DNA from: Bacteriovoracaceae bacterium
GTDB taxonomy: Bacteria; Bdellovibrionota; Bacteriovoracia; Bacteriovoracales; Bacteriovoracaceae
Direction: 5' to 3'
Length of the DNA: 64,000 nucleotides
NCBI GenBank assembly: GCA_035575985.1
Contig: DATLXC010000002.1
Location: forward strand, 29,254-93,253
The notes under the pieces are model-generated. The model was not told where the DNA came from. It was given only the letters and a program-made list of their open reading frames with translations, and searched no databases. This document shows, piece by piece, positions 56,929-64,000 of the stretch. The position numbers and the translations under genes were made by a program. Every line of letters begins with the position of its first letter. Position 1 is the first letter of the stretch.

Positions 56929-57474
56929 CTACATAGAGTCCCGGGACATACCAAAGAGAGCTTTCATTTCACCCAACAAAATGTGGCTTTTACCTAAATA
57001 AAACCATTGCCGGACAAAGCCAATTAGCATTGCTACACAGAAACCGTAGCCCACACCAGAATGGACCACTTTGGAAACGAGACCTGTATCATGGGCACCA
57101 CCCAGTAAAAACCCAAGTGTTCCCAGAATTAACATGAGCATGGTCCATGGAATTGTCTGTCGTTTTGAAAGTGTTGATTCATGGACGTAGCGGGCAACTT
57201 TTTTCTTATACGGTTCAAGATCCTGGGGTGGCTCATCAAATAATTCAGTCAGGTTTGCCTGACTGTTCAGCGCATTCCATACATTTTCCACTAAGCGCGA
57301 TACTCCAATGAAATAAAACATAACGAATGCCTGTATGAAAATAACATACATGAAAGTTGGGATAGCCAGGTGGATATGACCAAAGTTGAGATCAATCCAT
57401 CCCAAGGCAACACTAGTTGTAAGGGCAATCCCTACTACCATGACTATCAATAAAAATCTTAAGAGGTAGGCCAT
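56929..57474 (-). CDS. 4-TM membrane protein
   Basis: Four hydrophobic segments with His residues; divergent from the HEAT/bc cluster. Confidence 0.75.
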   Translation of the reverse strand: MAYLLRFLLIVMVVGIALTTSVALGWIDLNFGHIHLAIPTFMYVIFIQAFVMFYFIGVSRLVENVWNALNSQANLTELFDEPPQDLEPYKKKVARYVHESTLSKRQTIPWTMLMLILGTLGFLLGGAHDTGLVSKVVHSGVGYGFCVAMLIGFVRQWFYLGKSHILLGEMKALFGMSRDSM

Positions 57475-57548
57475 TAGACTTCCATTTTAAGCAGCAATTT
57501 GTTAGTTTCCACTCTATTCAAAGCATCTTTTAGCATTAAGGAATCTAA

Positions 57549-58400
57549 ATGTCCGAACAAAAAAAACTGTTGGAAAGCTCACCACTTTCCGGCATTGCCG
57601 TTCCGCTCGCAATCGTATTAGTCGGCGGTATGATAATTTTCGGTGTGACTAAAATGCTCTCTTCTGGAAAAAATCATCGCGATCTCATTGATGAAATGAA
57701 TTCAAAGACTTTCGGAAACCGTTGGGTTGCTGCTTACGAACTTTCAAAATTTCTAGCCGGCCAGAAAATTCCAAAGGATGACATGCCATGGGTAATAGAA
57801 AATTTATCCAAGGTTTATAGAGAAACAGTAGATCCAAGAACCAGAAATTTCGTCGTTCTTGCTCTCGGAAGTTTAAACGATCCAATGACCTTACCGGTTT
57901 TAAACGCCGCACTAGAGGATCAAGATTCTCAAGTAAAATTCAATGCAACAGTTGCGCTCGGCAACATGTCTCCAAATGAAAAAATTGATTGGCCTAAAGT
58001 TGAGGCATTGCTTCAACAAGCCACTGACCCAGGGCTTCAACAAGTCGCCCTTCTAACTATGGCAGCACATCGTCATCCAAATACTGAAGCTAAGGCTCGC
58101 GCTTTCATTAATTCAACTGAACGCACACTGAGGTATGCCGCAGCAACGGTTTTGATTTATTACAAACAGAATGACGCCTTGCCTGTACTGGAAGAAATTT
58201 TGAACCTAAAGTATGACATAGCACAGAGCGGAGAGTTAAACGGAGCTCAGGTTGAAGGCCTGAAGATGAACGTTTTGGAGAACGCTGAAAAATCAAAGTG
58301 GACTGGGTTAATTAAATTGCTCGAAAAAACCGAGGCCCATGACACTAATGTGCGGGTCAGCACAAAAGCAAAACAGGTTCTAAAAGTATTGAAAAATTAA
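57549..58400 (+). CDS. Membrane-anchored HEAT-repeat protein
   Basis: N-terminal TM; repeats LALGSL, VKFNATVALG, LRYAAATVL. Confidence 0.8.
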   Translation: MSEQKKLLESSPLSGIAVPLAIVLVGGMIIFGVTKMLSSGKNHRDLIDEMNSKTFGNRWVAAYELSKFLAGQKIPKDDMPWVIENLSKVYRETVDPRTRNFVVLALGSLNDPMTLPVLNAALEDQDSQVKFNATVALGNMSPNEKIDWPKVEALLQQATDPGLQQVALLTMAAHRHPNTEAKARAFINSTERTLRYAAATVLIYYKQNDALPVLEEILNLKYDIAQSGELNGAQVEGLKMNVLENAEKSKWTGLIKLLEKTEAHDTNVRVSTKAKQVLKVLKN

Positions 58401-58417
58401 AAGTTTACACCCATAAT
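58389..58417 (+). promoter_or_regulatory. sigma70 promoter of the bc operon
   Basis: TTGAAA-N17-CATAAT. Confidence 0.6.
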
Positions 58418-58490
58418 GAGTGAAAACCAGAAGCCCCATCGCTAGCGCCATTCAATTGGCCTGGACTTATTTATTTCCGGAGAATCTCTG

Positions 58491-58994
58491 ATGAGTGAAG
58501 AGACAAAAACAGGTCTGAACCGCCGCGAATTCTTTAGTTTCCTCGCAGTGGGATGGATTACTTTTGGTGCAGCCTGCGCAGGCTTTGCCAGTTTAATCTT
58601 TAGATTTCTTTATCCCAACGTGGTGTTTGAACCAGCTATGGACTTCATTGCTGGTTATCCAGCAGATTATCCTGATGGAGTAGACGAGCGTTGGAAAAAC
58701 GGTTTCGGTGTATGGATCTATAAGAAAGACGGAAAGCTTGTGGCCATGTCTAACATCTGTACTCATCTCGGTTGTATTCCAACGTGGTTGCCAGCAGAAA
58801 GCAAATTCAAATGTCCATGTCACGGTTCCGGTTACTATCCAAATGGAATCAATTTCGAAGGTCCTGCTCCTCGTCCCCTTGAGCGTTTCAAGATTTATAG
58901 AAATCCTGAAGGGAAAATCATCGTCGATAAAACAAAAGTATTCCGTTACGAGAAAGGTGAGTGGTCCAACGCTGACGCTTTCATTGAAGTCTAA
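58491..58994 (+). CDS. Rieske 2Fe-2S subunit
   Basis: Tat motif NRREFF; CTHLGC; CPCHGS; GPAPRPL. Confidence 0.96.
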   Translation: MSEETKTGLNRREFFSFLAVGWITFGAACAGFASLIFRFLYPNVVFEPAMDFIAGYPADYPDGVDERWKNGFGVWIYKKDGKLVAMSNICTHLGCIPTWLPAESKFKCPCHGSGYYPNGINFEGPAPRPLERFKIYRNPEGKIIVDKTKVFRYEKGEWSNADAFIEV

Positions 58995-59012
58995 TCTCTA
59001 GAGGATAAAGTT

Positions 59013-59792
59013 ATGTCTGAAGGTTTTGTTAAAAAAGTCGCTAACACCCAGGTATGGAAAGCTATCTTCCGTCACGGGCCACCTAACAATGCTCGTAACA
59101 GGGCCGCTGTAGTTGCAGGAAACGTTTTCCTCCACCTTCACCCGATCAAGCTTAAAAAGTCAGGCGTACAGCTGGGATACACATGGTGTATGGGAGGATT
59201 AACTTTCTTCATATTCCTTTCCCTAACTGTCACCGGCGTTCTTCTCATGTTTTATTACCGTCCAACCGCTGAATATGCATTCACCGACATCATTGGTTTG
59301 CGCGAACACGTTCCTTTAGGAATCATGCGCGAACTACATCGTTGGGGAGCCCACTTGATGGTAATTACCGTATGGATTCACATGTTCCGTGTGTTCATGA
59401 CCGGTTCATATAAACCACCTCGTGAATTTAACTGGGGCGTTGGTGTTGTCCTCCTTATTCTTACAATGCTTCTCTCGTTCACAGGCTATCTATTGCCTTG
59501 GGACCAGCTCGCCATTTGGGCGATTACCGTAGGATCTAACATGGCGAAGGCAACTCCTTTTGCCGGTCACGGTGGTCCTGGTGCCGCCCTTGCCCGCATT
59601 GGTGACTTTGTTATGGTTTCAGATAAGAACGATGTACGCTTCCAGCTTCTTGGTGGTCGTTTTGTGGGTGAAGCAGCCTTGCTTCGTTTCTACATTCTCC
59701 ACTGCGTTTTCATTCCATTGGTTGTGGCAGTACTTATTGCCGTTCACTTCTGGCGTGTACGTAAAGACGGCGGAATTTCAGCTCCATTATAA
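59013..59792 (+). CDS. Cytochrome b6-like N-terminal subunit
   Basis: WCMGG (heme ci Cys), [37 protein letters not shown]...HF. Confidence 0.95.
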   Translation: MSEGFVKKVANTQVWKAIFRHGPPNNARNRAAVVAGNVFLHLHPIKLKKSGVQLGYTWCMGGLTFFIFLSLTVTGVLLMFYYRPTAEYAFTDIIGLREHVPLGIMRELHRWGAHLMVITVWIHMFRVFMTGSYKPPREFNWGVGVVLLILTMLLSFTGYLLPWDQLAIWAITVGSNMAKATPFAGHGGPGAALARIGDFVMVSDKNDVRFQLLGGRFVGEAALLRFYILHCVFIPLVVAVLIAVHFWRVRKDGGISAPL

Positions 59793-59808
59793 GAAGTAAG
59801 GGAAACAT

Positions 59809-60885
59809 ATGATTAAGGAAGCGATTAATTTTCTCTCCTCGCCACTTTACTCCTTCACGCTGTTCATAGTTGGCTTTGGACTGGCCATGAAGCGGATGGA
59901 TATTGTGGGTACGAAGAAATTCGGCTTAGGTCTTTTGATCTTTTGCCTGGTTGTCTTTGCATGGATGGTGGCCGATCCCATCTTCTTCTCCATCATTTCG
60001 CTTCCAGATAATATTCCCATCATTATCCTTAACGCGTTAGTAATCTGGTCAACCTGGTATGCCTTATATAAAGGACACCAAAATGACTTACGCATAGCTG
60101 CCGGCGAAGAGCCAATTGAAGGCACTCCGGAAAATCGCGAAAAAGTATGGGCATGGCCAAACCTTGTTTACACTGAGCTTTTCTGCGGAATTCTTTGTAC
60201 GATTTTCCTTATCGTCTGGGCCATTTTCTTTAAGGCTCCACTCGAAGAACCAGCTAACCCTACATGGGCACCTAACCCTGCAAAAGCTCCATGGTACTTC
60301 TTAGGCCTTCAGGAAATGCTTGTTTACTTCGATCCATGGATGGCCGGTGTGGTTCTTCCAGGAATCATCGTAGTTGGTCTTATTGCTATTCCTTTCATCG
60401 ACATCAATCCGAAAGGAAACGGTTACTACACTTTCCGCGAAAGAAAATTTGCAATCGCCTCCTTTCTTTTTGGTTGGCTGGCCCTATGGGTTTACCTTAT
60501 CCAGGTTGGTACCTTCCTCAGGGGTCCTAACTGGACTTTTTATGGTCCGTTTGAAGTCTGGGACTTCCATAAAGTTGTTGCAGAAAACAACATTAACGTA
60601 TCTGAAATTGTCTGGATTAAGCTCCTTTCTATGTCCCTTCCTAAGAACATCGTGATTCGCGAATTCTTTGGTCTCATAATGACTTTTGGATACCTGATTG
60701 GCGGGGCAATCTTGCTCACGAAAAAATGGGGCCACAAATATTACGAAAAAATGGGTGTCATCCGTTATTACCTCATGATCTTCTTGATTCTTGGAATGAT
60801 GAGTCTCCCTATTAAAATGTATCTTCGTTGGTTCTTTAACCTGAAGTACATCGTGGCTATGCCAGAATTTGAACTTAACCTTTAA
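59809..60885 (+). CDS. Cytochrome b subunit IV-like protein, extended
   Basis: WPNL, APLEEPANP...PNPAKAPWYFLGLQE (PEWY-equivalent); extra TM helices. Confidence 0.88.
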   Translation: MIKEAINFLSSPLYSFTLFIVGFGLAMKRMDIVGTKKFGLGLLIFCLVVFAWMVADPIFFSIISLPDNIPIIILNALVIWSTWYALYKGHQNDLRIAAGEEPIEGTPENREKVWAWPNLVYTELFCGILCTIFLIVWAIFFKAPLEEPANPTWAPNPAKAPWYFLGLQEMLVYFDPWMAGVVLPGIIVVGLIAIPFIDINPKGNGYYTFRERKFAIASFLFGWLALWVYLIQVGTFLRGPNWTFYGPFEVWDFHKVVAENNINVSEIVWIKLLSMSLPKNIVIREFFGLIMTFGYLIGGAILLTKKWGHKYYEKMGVIRYYLMIFLILGMMSLPIKMYLRWFFNLKYIVAMPEFELNL

Positions 60886-60908
60886 TAGAAAAGATAAGGC
60901 AGCTATAA

Positions 60909-63755
60909 ATGAAACGTGAACCTGGAATGGCCTATGACACTAAAGTTCTTAACAAGATCTTTGCTGTCATTTCTGTTGTGTTCCTCCTAGTTACCATCTG
61001 GATGGTCTTTGATGATTACATCCGCCCATGGAAAGCCGTGCAAGTTAAGGCACTGGATATTGAAAAGCAAAAGACCCAGGAAAAGATAAAAGAAATTGAA
61101 GGCGGAATCGACGCCACTAAACTCAAGGAAGCCAAGGCCAAGATTGCTGCAGGTGAAAAAGAAGTAGCGGCGAAGCAAGACCAAATTGATAAAATCAAAG
61201 ACAGAATCACAGAAATCCAGCGTCAAATCTACGTTCAGAATATGAAGAACGGTGTAAATGGCTCTCAAGCAGCTGCATTGCAATTTCAATATGAGCACGC
61301 ACTGATGGAAAACCATCCGGAAGATGCAAAGAAGATTAAAAAAGATTTTGATGAATATAAGAAAGCCGAAATGGACGGCAAGAACAATCTTAAAGGTCTT
61401 CAGGCCCAGGAAGCTGTGGCAGAAAACGAAATAAAGACCCTGACTGCTGCTCAAACTGATGCTGAAAAAGAACTCAAGGACCTTCTCGCTGACAAAGAAA
61501 GAATGCTCCTCGCAATGAGTACTGTTGAAAAAAATCCGGTTTGGGCATTACGTAACGCTCCTTTTATCGACTTCCTTGATCCAACTATTAAAATCCGTCA
61601 GTACGTTATTAAGAATGTTGAAAGCGACTTTTACTTCCAGCAAGTTCCTAAGATCGATCGCTGTACTACTTGTCACGTCTTCATCGACAAGGCCGGTTAC
61701 GAAGACCAGGAAAATCCTTATAAAACTCACCCTAAGATGGCGACACTTGCTGTAGGTATTAACTCAGCTCACCCGGTTAAAGACTTCGGATGTACATCTT
61801 GTCACGGTGGTGTTGGTGACCGTGTAAATGACTTCATGTCACCTGCTCACGTTCCACAAAATCCGAAGCAGGCAAAACTCTGGAAAGATAAATATCACTG
61901 GCATGAACCTCATAAAGTTCCTCAGCCAATGGTTCCTCTTCAATATACTGAAGGCCAGTGTATCAAGTGTCACAAAGACCAAGAGTTTATTCCAATGGCG
62001 GAAAAGCTTAATCAAGGTCGTGAGCTTGTAGAAACATACGGATGTTATGGTTGTCACAAAATTGAAGGCTGGCAGCACCTGAAGAAGCCGGGTCCTTCTC
62101 TGCTTAAAGTAACAGCCAAGGTCCCATCAAAAGAATGGATCCGTAACTGGATCTGGGCACCTAAAACCTTCAATCCTCAATCGAAGATGCCTCAGTTCTT
62201 TGACCAACCAAACAACAGTGTGCCTGAGTACCGTAATCGCAACATCGCTGAAGTAAATGCTATTGCAGAATATATCGTTTCAACTGCGAAGGAATATAAG
62301 CCATTCCAGCGCTACGCCGGCGGAAATGCATCAAGTGGTAAAGAACTAATTGAGACTGTTGGTTGTGTCGGTTGTCACATGGTTGAAGGCATTGATGAGA
62401 AGTGGAACAAAGTCGGACAAAAGAAAGGTACATACCTTACAGGTCTTGGCTCGAAGGTGGATCCTGATTGGTTAGTCTCATGGCTAAAGCAGCCTTCACA
62501 CTACCAGCCTGACACTATCATGCCATCGTTCCGTCTTAATGATAAGGAAGCTAACGACATCGCAGCTTACCTCCTTAGCTTTAAGAATGAAGAATTTGCA
62601 TCTCTCAAATTCCCTGAGCTGGATACTAAGCTTCGCGACCAGATTTTGGTTGAGGACTATTTCTCGGCATTTGAAACAGTTGCCGCCGCCCAGGCAAAAC
62701 TTGAAAAAATGGATGATAAGGCCCGTACTATGGAATTGGGTAAACGCTCAATTAACAAGTATGGCTGTTACTCTTGTCACAACATCAATGGATTTGAAGG
62801 CGATCTTCCTCAGATTGGTCCAGAACTTACTAAAGAAGGTTCTAAGCCAGTTGAGCAATTTGGATTCGGCCAGCAAAAGCATGTTCCACACAATAGGCAT
62901 GCCTGGTTAACTCAGCATTTAAAGAGCCCAAGAATCTGGGATGTCGGTGTTCCAAAAGCCTTCAAAGATTTGAACAGAATGCCTAACTTCTATCTGAATG
63001 ATAAGGATATAGAATCAATGGTTCTGCTTCTTCTCGGACAAGTTGCAGAAGTTGTCCCTCTTGCCGGACAGAAACGCTTAAATGCCTATGAGAAGCAGTA
63101 TCAGGACGGAATGAAGGTAGCTAACCAATACAACTGTTATGGTTGTCACAACATCGACGGAATTGGTGGAGCACTCTCTAAGGCATTTGAAGATCAAAAC
63201 TTTGGTCCTCCTTACCTGACTCGTGAAGGTCATCGCGTCCAAACAGATTGGTTATTCGACTTCTTGAAAAACGTTCACCCAATCAGACCTTATGTGAAAG
63301 TGAGAATGCCTACATTCAACTTCACTCACCAGGAACTAAACGCATTAGTCAGCGGCTTCCAGGCCGGATCTATGCAAGCTACTTTTGAAGCACCGGTCAA
63401 AGTTGAATGGGAACCAGGCGAAAGAGAAGCTGCACAAAAGATCTGGAATGATCTTGCATGTACAACTTGTCACACTTCAGGATTCAACAAGGAAGACCCA
63501 CAAGCGCCTGACCTGCACTTTGCGAAAGGACGCCTGCGTTCTTCATGGATGGATGCCTGGATCGCCAATCCACAGTCATTCCTGCCTTACACCAGCATGC
63601 CTGCATTCTGGGATGATGGTAGTGGTAACTTAATTCCTGCAGTTGACGGTGTTCTAGATAATGATCCGAAACGTCAGATACAGGCAGTCAGAAAGTTTGT
63701 TCAAGAGCTTGGATCAGGAACACAACCAAAACCGTTTCCAAAAAATAATCAATAA
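60909..63755 (+). CDS. Membrane-anchored octaheme cytochrome c (948 aa)
   Basis: Eight CxxCH motifs (CTTCH, CTSCH, CIKCH, CYGCH, CVGCH, CYSCH, CYGCH, CTTCH); N-terminal TM and coiled coil. Confidence 0.92.
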   Translation: MKREPGMAYDTKVLNKIFAVISVVFLLVTIWMVFDDYIRPWKAVQVKALDIEKQKTQEKIKEIEGGIDATKLKEAKAKIAAGEKEVAAKQDQIDKIKDRITEIQRQIYVQNMKNGVNGSQAAALQFQYEHALMENHPEDAKKIKKDFDEYKKAEMDGKNNLKGLQAQEAVAENEIKTLTAAQTDAEKELKDLLADKERMLLAMSTVEKNPVWALRNAPFIDFLDPTIKIRQYVIKNVESDFYFQQVPKIDRCTTCHVFIDKAGYEDQENPYKTHPKMATLAVGINSAHPVKDFGCTSCHGGVGDRVNDFMSPAHVPQNPKQAKLWKDKYHWHEPHKVPQPMVPLQYTEGQCIKCHKDQEFIPMAEKLNQGRELVETYGCYGCHKIEGWQHLKKPGPSLLKVTAKVPSKEWIRNWIWAPKTFNPQSKMPQFFDQPNNSVPEYRNRNIAEVNAIAEYIVSTAKEYKPFQRYAGGNASSGKELIETVGCVGCHMVEGIDEKWNKVGQKKGTYLTGLGSKVDPDWLVSWLKQPSHYQPDTIMPSFRLNDKEANDIAAYLLSFKNEEFASLKFPELDTKLRDQILVEDYFSAFETVAAAQAKLEKMDDKARTMELGKRSINKYGCYSCHNINGFEGDLPQIGPELTKEGSKPVEQFGFGQQKHVPHNRHAWLTQHLKSPRIWDVGVPKAFKDLNRMPNFYLNDKDIESMVLLLLGQVAEVVPLAGQKRLNAYEKQYQDGMKVANQYNCYGCHNIDGIGGALSKAFEDQNFGPPYLTREGHRVQTDWLFDFLKNVHPIRPYVKVRMPTFNFTHQELNALVSGFQAGSMQATFEAPVKVEWEPGEREAAQKIWNDLACTTCHTSGFNKEDPQAPDLHFAKGRLRSSWMDAWIANPQSFLPYTSMPAFWDDGSGNLIPAVDGVLDNDPKRQIQAVRKFVQELGSGTQPKPFPKNNQ

Positions 63756-63760
63756 GTTTT

Positions 63761-63787
63761 AAGGGCCCTTTAGAGGGCCCTTTTTTT
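63761..63787 (+). terminator. Intrinsic terminator
   Basis: aagggccct-ttag-agggccctt followed by a T-tract. Confidence 0.9.
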
Positions 63788-63898
63788 CGGTCTTTTTCAC
63801 TCACAAAATCTCTGAAAAATATTATCAGTAATAAAACTCATTTCTCCGTTGACAGATTTAGGTTGAATCCACTAAATTGGCGTTTCGCGATTTTATGT

Positions 63899-63974
63899 GG
63901 GGGTGTAGCTCAGCTGGGAGAGCGGTAGCTTTGCAAGCTATAGGTCGCAGGTTCGATCCCTGTCATCTCCACCA
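63899..63974 (+). tRNA. tRNA-Ala(TGC)
   Basis: 76-nt cloverleaf; anticodon TGC; G3:U70; TTCGATC T-loop; encoded CCA; TTGACA-N18-TAAATT upstream. Confidence 0.97.
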
Positions 63975-64000
63975 CTTTTTAAATTTGTAAAAATTTAAAA

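Overview
Chromosomal window, most likely from a predatory Bdellovibrionota (Bacteriovoracales-like) bacterium. This is inferred from the tad-Rhs-hit gene order, the short tandem flagellins and a TIGR02147-type regulator. Housekeeping genes are two lon paralogues, rpoZ, an acyl-CoA synthetase, alaS, recA/recX, pgpA, recG, greA, glmU, glmS, uvrD/pcrA, mtnA and a Ppx/GppA enzyme. The window also has two flagellins, a minus-strand 6S RNA candidate, tRNA-Ala(TGC), a Tad/Flp pilus locus ending in a toxin-less Rhs/YD protein plus three tiny secreted peptides (Bd0109/Bd0108 'hit'-locus architecture), and a Rieske/split cytochrome b/octaheme c complex. The main unexplained signal has two parts. (1) Five otherwise dissimilar signal-peptide proteins (9020-9856, 10070-10693, 37993-38208, 38486-38668, 38836-38994) share a ~25-30 aa C-terminal tail, N/E-x2-3-R-x2-4-K...small-x-[KRN]-[QSA]-stop. 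(2) Four of these, plus one neighbouring gene, have sigma54 -24/-12 promoters paired with a 17-bp TGTCTAAA-N-TTTAGACA-like enhancer palindrome. Together these suggest a co-regulated cargo class with a C-terminal targeting signal, possibly linked to the Tad/Rhs machine. This is a hypothesis read by eye; no searches were run. Other points are a hidden 278-codon gene with an ATT start and one in-frame TAA, a triple operator array before an AAA_14/DUF4143-type ATPase, a GGA-hairpin repeat after the hit-like gene, and sigma28 promoters on flagellin, flp, rhs and one lon.
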